From: Candidatus Zixiibacteriota bacterium
GTDB taxonomy: Bacteria; Zixibacteria; MSB-5A5; WJJR01
Assembly (NCBI GenBank): GCA_046708665.1
Contig: JBKKDE010000044.1
Location: 1 to 24,532, forward strand
Length of the DNA stretch: 24,532 nt
Reading direction: 5' to 3'
This document shows positions 9,036 through 16,527 of the stretch, piece after piece (the stretch's first letter is position 1; each line of letters begins with the position of its first letter). Below the pieces are notes generated by a model. The model searched no databases, had not been told where the DNA came from, and worked only from the letters and a program-made list of their open reading frames with translations. The position numbers were made by a program, and so were the translations under genes.

Positions 9036-9974
9036 ATGAGAAAGTGGTGGATCAACGGTCTCTGTATGATCATGGCAGGGGCTTTGACTATCTTTGCCGC
9101 CGGGTGCGGAGATGATGACAAAGGGAACAATAGTGGCACGGATTTGACCGTAGAGGAGCAGTACGTTCTCTCGCAACAATTGCTGGCCGCGGCTCCGGGA
9201 TTGATGATTCAGAACTTCGGATCACAGTATTGGGATGGAGTGGATCCCGAGGACTTTACATTCAATCTGTTTGGCCTTGGCAAGATGGTTCCTGCAAGAT
9301 TGGAGAAGCGCCTACCGGATGCTTTGCTCAAGCCGACCCGACTCGAAGCAGATACGGTCATCTATGTCTATACCAACGGATGGTGGAAATTCCACGTGGA
9401 ATACAGTCTGGACGACGATACAACCGGGATATCTGTGTCAATCCTGCTCGATGACTCTGTGCAGTTCCTGACCGGAGCGTTAACGCTGCAAATTACACCG
9501 AATGACTTTACCGAGACATTCATTCACCGGGGCGAAATGACACTTGAGGTAGCGATTGACGGTGATTCGTTGGGCACGTTTGCAGTAGGTCTCGGTGGTG
9601 AGAACGACTTCACCGTGACGGGTCTCAATGAATCAACCGTACTTGTCAACGGATCGACAGATGCTTCTATCGACTTTGAAGTCGTTAACGACTCGATCCA
9701 GGCCGACATCTTTATGGCATTCACGGGCGATGTGGACAACGTCGTCACGGATAATGAACCGGAATCGTGCCCGGACGAAGGCAATTTCACTCTCGGGTTT
9801 GAGATGGACTTTGAGGTCGTCGAGGGTGACGACTCCGCTGAGGCCTCTGGTGAGTGGGAAGTTCATGTCGAGTTTCTTGGCGATGGAATGGCGCATGTGG
9901 AAGTCCACGCTGAAGACGGAGACTTTGAAGTTGAGGGCGACGAGAGCATTTGCGAGCCGCCCCTCAATCGATAA
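9036..9974 (+). CDS. Hypothetical acidic, beta-rich lipoprotein
   Basis: AGGAGG RBS and ATG 9036. Signal peptide MRKWWINGLCMIMAGALTIFAAG-C with lipobox, then a polar linker GDDDKGNNSG. No family recognised. Confidence 0.8.
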   Translation: MRKWWINGLCMIMAGALTIFAAGCGDDDKGNNSGTDLTVEEQYVLSQQLLAAAPGLMIQNFGSQYWDGVDPEDFTFNLFGLGKMVPARLEKRLPDALLKPTRLEADTVIYVYTNGWWKFHVEYSLDDDTTGISVSILLDDSVQFLTGALTLQITPNDFTETFIHRGEMTLEVAIDGDSLGTFAVGLGGENDFTVTGLNESTVLVNGSTDASIDFEVVNDSIQADIFMAFTGDVDNVVTDNEPESCPDEGNFTLGFEMDFEVVEGDDSAEASGEWEVHVEFLGDGMAHVEVHAEDGDFEVEGDESICEPPLNR

Positions 9975-9996
9975 CCCAATTTCCGAACTATTTTCT

Positions 9997-10031
9997 ACCC
10001 CGCCCGTATCCAACGGGCGGGGTTGTTTTTT
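9997..10031 (+). terminator. Intrinsic (rho-independent) terminator
   Basis: ACCCCGCCCGT(9997-10007)/ACGGGCGGGGT(10013-10023) perfect 11-bp stem, followed by TGTTTTTT. Confidence 0.88.
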
Positions 10032-10090
10032 ATGTCGGGAATATGTTCCATGCCCCGCCGGTAATTGCACAACTGGAGAGGAATAATCAC

Positions 10091-10921
10091 ATGACGAGAT
10101 CTTATGGAATGGGTCGTATTGGACTGGCAGTACTGATTTTTTCCGTGCTTGGAGTTTCTGGTTGCATGTCTGACAAAGCGGCCAATAGTGAAACACCGAT
10201 GGAGGCCGCCCGGTATCCAGCGCTGGAGACTCATGTGGAGAAGGCGTTTGCTGAACTCTGCGCCTCGTTCAATGACGCATTGGCGGCCCGCTTCGAGACT
10301 GACACCGCCCTCATCCCCGGAATCGACTGGCCGTTTGAGATGCCCCCGCGTCGCCGCGACGGAACGACAATCTTCGTCGACGAAAACACCAGTTGGGGGG
10401 TTGGCTACAACCGGCAAGTCGATACTACACGCTATGCTGCGTTTTGGGATCTGGGGCGACTCGTTGACACAGGAGTCATCGCCCACACGTCTCCGATCGT
10501 CGCCACGCGTGTCGAGCATGAGTTGTCGTATGGCCGCATCGACGGATTCGGCGACGAAGAAGTGTCATGGGATGCAACCCTCGATGTGACGTTGTCGGAA
10601 CTGGACACGGAAACGGCTCAGTTGGCTGCAAGTTTCGAGGCCAGCCACCAAATCCCAGAGCGGTGCGGCGGGCTCGCCTGCGATGTTATCGGGATTGTGG
10701 TTTCGAACGGCCAGCTTGGCATAGTCGGTGGACAGCTTGATTTGGCGACGCTGTCCGGAACCGTCACGGGCTCGATAAAACTCACAGAATTCGATGTGAT
10801 CCTTGGTCACGACGCAATCTTCACGTGGGAGCTCTCCGGTACCATCTCCAATGGAGTGGCCACGGTGACCGTGTCATCGGGCAATTTCCAGGCGACGGGT
10901 AGCTATCCGCTCTGCCCTTGA
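10091..10921 (+). CDS. Hypothetical beta-rich lipoprotein, apparent distant paralogue of 9036..9974
   Basis: GGAGAGG RBS and ATG 10091 (the longer ORF would read through the terminator). Lipobox VLGVSG-C. Shares motifs with the upstream lipoprotein. Confidence 0.75.
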   Translation: MTRSYGMGRIGLAVLIFSVLGVSGCMSDKAANSETPMEAARYPALETHVEKAFAELCASFNDALAARFETDTALIPGIDWPFEMPPRRRDGTTIFVDENTSWGVGYNRQVDTTRYAAFWDLGRLVDTGVIAHTSPIVATRVEHELSYGRIDGFGDEEVSWDATLDVTLSELDTETAQLAASFEASHQIPERCGGLACDVIGIVVSNGQLGIVGGQLDLATLSGTVTGSIKLTEFDVILGHDAIFTWELSGTISNGVATVTVSSGNFQATGSYPLCP

Positions 10922-10953
10922 TCCATCCGGTGCCTCGGAAGTATCGTGCACCG

Positions 10954-11400
10954 ATGGAAGAGATCATCAAATACAGCGGATGCTTCGTCTGCGGGGATGA
11001 GAATCCTCACGGGCTCCGTATCCCTTTCTTCCATGAAGATGGTCAGGCGGTTGCCGAGTACACCGCCGACTCGCAGTTTCAGGGGTATCGTGGAATCTTT
11101 CATGGCGGGCTCGTCGCAACGTTGTTGGACGAGATCATGGCGAAGTCAGTACTGGCGCAGAAGCGTTACTGCATGACAGTTGAAATGAATGTTCGTTTCA
11201 AGAAAGCGATTCCAGTCGGAACGAAGCTGCGGCTCACCGCTCGGGTTACCGCTGATCGAGGCCGACTAATCGAAACCGCGGGAGAATTGACTGGGCCCGA
11301 CGGTACAGTCCACGCGACAGCCACGGGAAAATACATGGAGGCTGCATCGAAGGTCGAGAATATCCTGCAATCCTTTCCGAAGACATCGCAACTGCCATGA
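10954..11400 (+). CDS. PaaI-family (hotdog fold) thioesterase
   Basis: CFVCGDENPHGL, FHGGLVATLLDE, MNVRFKKAIP. ATG 10954. Confidence 0.88.
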   Translation: MEEIIKYSGCFVCGDENPHGLRIPFFHEDGQAVAEYTADSQFQGYRGIFHGGLVATLLDEIMAKSVLAQKRYCMTVEMNVRFKKAIPVGTKLRLTARVTADRGRLIETAGELTGPDGTVHATATGKYMEAASKVENILQSFPKTSQLP

Positions 11401-12377
11401 ACAATTCAAACTTCATTCTACGTCCCTACAAAGGGGCAAGCGACAACTCCGCGCTCTCTGCCATCGCGCACGAGGCGACAGGGGAGCCGTACTCTCCGGA
11501 AAAAGTCGCATACGAACTCAACGTTCCCGGCCTCAATCATCTGCGCGACACGATTGTCTGTGAACTCCCCGATGGGCGCATTGACGGATATGCCTGCATC
11601 TGGATCGATGATGTGAAAGATATCCGGCAGGGCCGACTGCGTTACTGCCGAATAGCCGCTCAATCGCCGGAACCGTCACTGCTGGCCCGTCAAATACTCC
11701 TTTGGGCAGCACGACGCATGCAGGAGGAATTGGACTCGACCGACCGTCCCGTCGCGATCATCGAGCTCGTCAAAGAAGCAGACATGGTCCGACGCGAATT
11801 CCTCGAGGATTCCGGATTTCAGCCAATTCGCTACTACCAGATCATGCGATTGAAAGATCCTGCCTCACTGCAGGAGATTCCATTGCCGGATGGCCACCAT
11901 TACATTCACGGGCCGGGGCACGAAGGCGCACCCGAATATGTCGCCATGTTCAACGACACGTGGATTGACCACTATGGATTCATTCCGTTAACAGTTGAGG
12001 AGTTCATCCACGATATCGACGACGACCCCGACTACAATCCAACGCTCGACATTGTCGTAAAACGATCCGATGGACACTTTCTCGGATTCGCGTATTGCCG
12101 TTTGGAACAAATGGATGCCACACTTGGGGAAGTCATGGCGATTGGAATTCGTCGTGGTTTTCGCGGGACCGGTCTCGGTCGCGTGTTGCTCACACATGCG
12201 GTGCGAACTCTTGTGGAGCGCGGGGCAACGGAGATCGAGCTAAGCGTTGACTCGGAGAATCCCTCAGGCGCTGGACGCTTGTACGAGTCAGTCGGCTTTC
12301 GCGCAATTTCTGTCTCGCGCCGGTATCAGCTATCACAGGACGGCGTGATTCGTCTCGCCACTCTGAATTCCTGCTGA
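11397..12377 (+). CDS. Tandem GNAT N-acetyltransferase (MshD-like two-domain architecture)
   Basis: C-terminal acetyl-CoA motif A IGIRRGFRGTGLGRVLL and motif B VDSENPSGAGRLYESVGF. The N-terminal GNAT-like half lacks a clear motif A. 4-nt overlap with the thioesterase. Confidence 0.85.
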   Translation: MNNSNFILRPYKGASDNSALSAIAHEATGEPYSPEKVAYELNVPGLNHLRDTIVCELPDGRIDGYACIWIDDVKDIRQGRLRYCRIAAQSPEPSLLARQILLWAARRMQEELDSTDRPVAIIELVKEADMVRREFLEDSGFQPIRYYQIMRLKDPASLQEIPLPDGHHYIHGPGHEGAPEYVAMFNDTWIDHYGFIPLTVEEFIHDIDDDPDYNPTLDIVVKRSDGHFLGFAYCRLEQMDATLGEVMAIGIRRGFRGTGLGRVLLTHAVRTLVERGATEIELSVDSENPSGAGRLYESVGFRAISVSRRYQLSQDGVIRLATLNSC

Positions 12378-12468
12378 CCGATAGAGTCCAACTTCGGCAA
12401 TCTCTTGCACTATCCTGAATAGGACTCAGCGGTCTTATACGACCTATCCTATTGAGATTAATGGTTTT

Positions 12469-13017
12469 ATGCTGGGACACTGCGACTCCCACCCGAACCA
12501 ATTGTCGGCATTTGATTTGCCTGAGTGGGCCCGGGGACGTGCCCCAACGACTATGCGCTGCTATATCTGGGGAACCAACAATCACGAAGACCGCGCCTGC
12601 GAGGCGAGGGGAGTGGCCAGTTTCGCCATCCCCGGCTGGGGACTTCAGTTTCGAGCGGTGCAAGAAGGTAGTGCTTCGGCTTGCGAAGCCGCGGCTCTCA
12701 TCGGATTGCTTCGCTTCATAGAGAACAATCCCAAAGTCTTCGAGGGAGAACGTGTCGAAATTCTGACCGACGCTTCCCAACTTGTAGAACAGCTAACGGG
12801 CAAACTTCCGACCGATCCGCATCTGCGAAGTGTCTTCGCGATCATTCGTACCGTACGCGAAAAAGTTCGGTTCGAACTCGCCTGGGTCCCACCCGATCAA
12901 AACCGTGCAATCGAAGGTGTTCTTGATCTTCCCCCGCTCAAGACCAAGTTTCAGATCCAACACGCCCCCACGATCAAGAAACCCGCCGATCCCGCCCCGC
13001 GTCGGTTCAATTCCTAG
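12469..13017 (+). CDS. RNase H-like fold protein, probably catalytically degenerate
   Basis: CEAAALIGLL ~ AEY.ALI.GL; VEILTDASQLVEQLTG ~ V..DS.LV..Q..G; WVPPDQNRAIE ~ HVPR..N..AD. The first-strand DG motif reads YIWG. Start uncertain (12469 or 12553). Confidence 0.6.
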   Translation: MLGHCDSHPNQLSAFDLPEWARGRAPTTMRCYIWGTNNHEDRACEARGVASFAIPGWGLQFRAVQEGSASACEAAALIGLLRFIENNPKVFEGERVEILTDASQLVEQLTGKLPTDPHLRSVFAIIRTVREKVRFELAWVPPDQNRAIEGVLDLPPLKTKFQIQHAPTIKKPADPAPRRFNS

Positions 13018-13031
13018 AGCGTCGTCCCCGC

Positions 13032-13060
13032 TTGCCTTACCCCATGCAATCGCTTAGTGT
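13032..13060 (+). promoter_or_regulatory. Putative sigma70 promoter for the ferredoxin-GGR pair
   Basis: TTGCCT(13032-13037)-17 bp-TAGTGT(13055-13060). An 8-bp hairpin (13064-13084) follows in the predicted leader. Confidence 0.35.
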
Positions 13061-13093
13061 GTAGTGCCGATCTTCGATTGGCACACCGGACCC

Positions 13094-13276
13094 ATGGCCT
13101 TCAAAGAACTTATTCTTGAGAAAGAAGCGTGCGCCGAGTGTGGCTTGTGCGTGGCTGTCTGCGGCTACGACGCATTGGTGTTACGTCCCACAGAGCTCGA
13201 AGTCATCCAAAGCGAGTGCGTGCTCTGCGATGCGTGCGTCATTGCTTGCCCTACGGAGGCGCTGTCCATCGAATAA
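13094..13276 (+). CDS. 2[4Fe-4S] ferredoxin
   Basis: Two CxxCxxCxxxC motifs: CAECGLCVAVC and CVLCDACVIACP. ATG 13094. Confidence 0.93.
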   Translation: MAFKELILEKEACAECGLCVAVCGYDALVLRPTELEVIQSECVLCDACVIACPTEALSIE

Positions 13277-13291
13277 CGGCGCCAAACTATC

Positions 13292-14497
13292 ATGACACAA
13301 TTTGATCGCTCATTCGACGTTGTGATCGTCGGTGCGGGCCCCGCTGGCGGATTGGCTGCGGTGACATCGGCCAGAGCGGGACTGCGCACGCTGCTGGTGG
13401 AGAAGCATCCCACCATCGGTGAGCCACTCTGCTGCGCCGAGGGTATTTCATTCTGCGGCCTCAACGACAATATCCCCGTAGATCCTAAATGGGTGTGTGC
13501 CGATATCGAGCGCTGTTACCTCGAGTCTCCGGGTGGCAACATTGTTCAGTTCGATCACCCCGACGCTGGGTACGTACTCTCGCGACGCCGTTTCGAGCAG
13601 GGGATGGCCGACATGGCTGCCGCACACGGCTGCGAAGTCGTGACAAGCACACAAGCGACCGGATTGGTCAATGGCGAACTCGACCGATTCAGCGGAATTC
13701 GACTTCTGGAGAACGGCCGCGAGTACACGGTTGGAAGTCAGGTAATAATTGCCGCCGATGGCGTCGAGTCCATGATTGCACGGTGGGCAGGGATCGACAC
13801 GCTTTTGCCCACCGACCATCTGGATTCTGCGGCGCAATTTCTCTTCGACAGTGTACCGGAGCTTGACCCGTCACGCATGGAATTCTACTTCGACACCGAG
13901 CTTGCGCCGGGCGGCTACGCCTGGGTATTTCCCAAGGGTAACAATCTCGCCAATGTTGGTATCGCGGTGGCACCAGTTGTGGCGGGGTCGAAGAAAGCGA
14001 TGCCGATGCTGCACGAGTTCATGAAGAAACGTTTCGGCAACTCGTCGCCGAAGCCGCTCAAGCGAACCGTAGGCGGAATTCCCGAATTTTGCGGGAGACG
14101 CTTCATGTTGCGAAAGAATGTAATGGTCACCGGCGACGCCGCGCGTTTGCTGGATTCGATCACAGGGGCAGGAATCGCGAATGCACTATGGTCAGGACGT
14201 CTCGCTGCCGAGGCCGCGAGCGAATTCATCAAAGATGGCTCACGCGATCAATCAATTTTGAAGCGGTACCCCGAGCGGTGGATGCAAGCGAGGGGCAGGG
14301 AGATGCGTTACTTTCTCTGGGCTCGTCAGATATTCCTGCGTATGAACAATCAGGATCTTGACGCTGCCATTGGGGCGTTGGCCGAATCCCACCACGGAAC
14401 GTCGATCACGGCTATCGACCCGATCGATGTCATCAAGAAAGCCCTGCGCAAGCGGCCGTCGTTACTGCGGCTTGCCCGCCACATTTCCTGGCGCTAA
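13292..14497 (+). CDS. Geranylgeranyl reductase family flavoprotein (DGGR-like)
   Basis: FAD motif IVGAGPAG, PLCCAEG (PxxC), GGYAWVFPKG (YxWxFP), GDAA and DSITGAGIANA. Confidence 0.9.
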   Translation: MTQFDRSFDVVIVGAGPAGGLAAVTSARAGLRTLLVEKHPTIGEPLCCAEGISFCGLNDNIPVDPKWVCADIERCYLESPGGNIVQFDHPDAGYVLSRRRFEQGMADMAAAHGCEVVTSTQATGLVNGELDRFSGIRLLENGREYTVGSQVIIAADGVESMIARWAGIDTLLPTDHLDSAAQFLFDSVPELDPSRMEFYFDTELAPGGYAWVFPKGNNLANVGIAVAPVVAGSKKAMPMLHEFMKKRFGNSSPKPLKRTVGGIPEFCGRRFMLRKNVMVTGDAARLLDSITGAGIANALWSGRLAAEAASEFIKDGSRDQSILKRYPERWMQARGREMRYFLWARQIFLRMNNQDLDAAIGALAESHHGTSITAIDPIDVIKKALRKRPSLLRLARHISWR

Positions 14498-14505
14498 CGG
14501 ACAAC

Positions 14506-14531
14506 AAAAAACCCCGGGGTTGTACCCGGGG
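14506..14531 (-). terminator. Intrinsic terminator for rpsT, between convergent genes
   Basis: CCCCGGG(14512-14518)/CCCGGGG(14525-14531) stem. The A6 at 14506-14511 is a U-tract on the minus strand. Confidence 0.7.
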
Positions 14532-14555
14532 CCGGATTGATCTATCAGTGTGACG

Positions 14556-14813
14556 CTACTTCTCCGCGTTCACCTTACGTGCCAGGCGCGACTTGATGCG
14601 CGATGCTTTGTTCTTGTGGATGACACCTTTGGAAGCAGCTTTGTCCACGACTGAGGACACATCACGCAGTGTGGATTTCTTCTCGTCCACAGTGGAAGCG
14701 GCAATTGCAGTCTTGACTGCGGTGCGCACCAGAGATTTGACCGTACGGTTGCGGCCACGACGAACCAAGCTCTGGCGGTGACGCTTACGAACAGAAAGGT
14801 GTTTCCTCGGCAC
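14556..14813 (-). CDS. rpsT: 30S ribosomal protein S20
   Basis: Basic 85-aa protein with KRHRQSLVRRGRNRTVKSLVRTAVK and DKAASKGVIHKNKASRIKSRL. GTG start with AAGGA RBS. Confidence 0.96.
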   Translation of the reverse strand: MPRKHLSVRKRHRQSLVRRGRNRTVKSLVRTAVKTAIAASTVDEKKSTLRDVSSVVDKAASKGVIHKNKASRIKSRLARKVNAEK

Positions 14814-14860
14814 GTTGAATCCTTACTCGGACAGTGTTTTAGCCATTGGCCGCCACAGTT

Positions 14861-14913
14861 TCGACGGCTATCCTACAGACTGACATTATAACGGCATCTG
14901 CCCAAAAAGACAA
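14861..14913. promoter_or_regulatory. Overlapping divergent promoters for rpsT and murJ
   Basis: Minus strand: TTGTCT(14913-14908)-17 bp-TATAAT(14890-14885). Plus strand: TCGACG(14861-14866)-17 bp-CATTAT(14884-14889), with an extended TGn. Confidence 0.6.
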
Positions 14914-16502
14914 TGACCAAAGACGCCCCCAGTGCAGCCCAAACCGAACTTGGGGCACGAGGATTCGCCCGTCAGACTCGGATCGTCTCGCTGGCGACAT
15001 TTGCTTCCCGTATCTTGGGCGTTGTCCGAGAACAGGTTATCGCGTACTACTTTGGCGCGGGTGCCGTCACCGATGCCTTCGTCGCTGCATTCCGAATCCC
15101 AAATCTGCTGCGGGACTTCCTGGCGGAGGGCGCATTCTCAGCCGCCTTCGTTCCAACTTTCTCGGAGGTGCTGACTAAGGAGGGACGGCCGGCGGCCATG
15201 GAGCTCCTGCGACGGGTCTTAGGAGTGTTCGTGCCATCGTTGGCGATCTTGTGCGTCCTGGGCATCGTTTTCACGCCTCAGATTGCTCAACTACTTTCCG
15301 GTGGTACGGAGCAGACACCCGGCAAGATCGAACTGCTCGTGCATCTCGCGCGCTGGATGTTTCCCTTCCTGCTTCTCATTGCGCTGGCGGCTGTCCTCAT
15401 GGGTGCACTCAACGCACTGGGAAAGTTTGGAATTCCCGCGCTCGCTCCGGCGGGGTTCAATATCGGAATGATACTCTGCGCGACGCTGCTTGCGAATCGC
15501 GTGAACCCACCGGTGCTAGCACTTGCGTGGGGTGTGCTTGCGGGAGGATTCCTGCAGTGGGCAGTGCAGGCGGTTGCCATCACGCGTGAAGGATTTGATC
15601 TTCGCATCCGGCTCATAGCCGGTTGGCGCGATTCACGCGTCCGGCAGATCGGGCGTCTGCTTGTGCCGGCTTTGCTTGGCCAAGCTGCGGTTCAGATTAA
15701 TATCCTCGCCATCACCCGTGCTGCTTGGCAGATGGGGGATGGCCCGGTGGCGTATCTGAATTTTGCATTCCGCATTTTGTTTGTCCCGCTTGGGGTATTT
15801 GCAGTCGCGGCGTCGACAGTGGGATTGGCGCGGCTCTCCAAACAGGTCGCCGAAGGTAATGAGGAGCAGGCCCGCGAGACCTTCCGTCAATCGCTGCAAA
15901 CTGTCCTCTTTCTCGTCACGCCCACCGCGATAGCTTTCCTCGCGCTGGGTGGCCCGATTTGCGCGGCTCTCTATCAGCGCGGGGAGTTTACGGCCCAAGC
16001 CGCGGAAAGTACCGCACGGGCTCTCGCGTTCTATGCGGTAGGTTTACCGGCAATGGCCGCCATTCGCGCCGTTACGCCCATATTCTTTGCGCATAAGGAC
16101 ACGAAAACGCCGACGTTATGCGGTGTCGCCGCAGTCGTCGCGAATCTCATCGGAATACTGTTCCTCACGGGGCCTTTGGGATACGCAGGCCTCGCACTAT
16201 CAGTTGCGTTGTCGTCGGTGTTGCAGGTCGGGATCCTTTTGATTGTCGCAGCGCGCAAATACAACACGACCGGGTATGGGATCGTAGCGGCGCACTGGAT
16301 CGGATTCATCGCAATCTCCGTCACCGCAGTTCTTGGTGGGAGATTCGCACTCGATGCCGGTTTGTTCGGCTGGATGCCATTCGGCGTGGTCGGACGCATA
16401 AGTCTGACACTCGCACTTGCAGCCCTGTTCTATCTGACTGTATCATGGCTACTTGGTTATCGAAATTTGGGGAGCCGTCGATCCTCGCGACGCATGCCGT
16501 AG
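14913..16502 (+). CDS. murJ: Lipid II flippase MurJ (MviN)
   Basis: SRILGVVRE, AFRIPNLLRDFLAEGAFSAAFVP, multiple TM segments, YQRGEF, FFAHKDTKTP; divergent from rpsT. Confidence 0.95.
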   Translation: MTKDAPSAAQTELGARGFARQTRIVSLATFASRILGVVREQVIAYYFGAGAVTDAFVAAFRIPNLLRDFLAEGAFSAAFVPTFSEVLTKEGRPAAMELLRRVLGVFVPSLAILCVLGIVFTPQIAQLLSGGTEQTPGKIELLVHLARWMFPFLLLIALAAVLMGALNALGKFGIPALAPAGFNIGMILCATLLANRVNPPVLALAWGVLAGGFLQWAVQAVAITREGFDLRIRLIAGWRDSRVRQIGRLLVPALLGQAAVQINILAITRAAWQMGDGPVAYLNFAFRILFVPLGVFAVAASTVGLARLSKQVAEGNEEQARETFRQSLQTVLFLVTPTAIAFLALGGPICAALYQRGEFTAQAAESTARALAFYAVGLPAMAAIRAVTPIFFAHKDTKTPTLCGVAAVVANLIGILFLTGPLGYAGLALSVALSSVLQVGILLIVAARKYNTTGYGIVAAHWIGFIAISVTAVLGGRFALDAGLFGWMPFGVVGRISLTLALAALFYLTVSWLLGYRNLGSRRSSRRMP

Positions 16503-16527
16503 CAACAATCGTCCACCGACTTGACGC

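Noticed and set aside
9950-10090. N-terminal extension of the second lipoprotein, and similar long starts (306, 6433, 18855, 22857)
   Set aside because: These extensions overlap neighbouring genes, terminators or promoters, and downstream ATGs have better RBS or family support.
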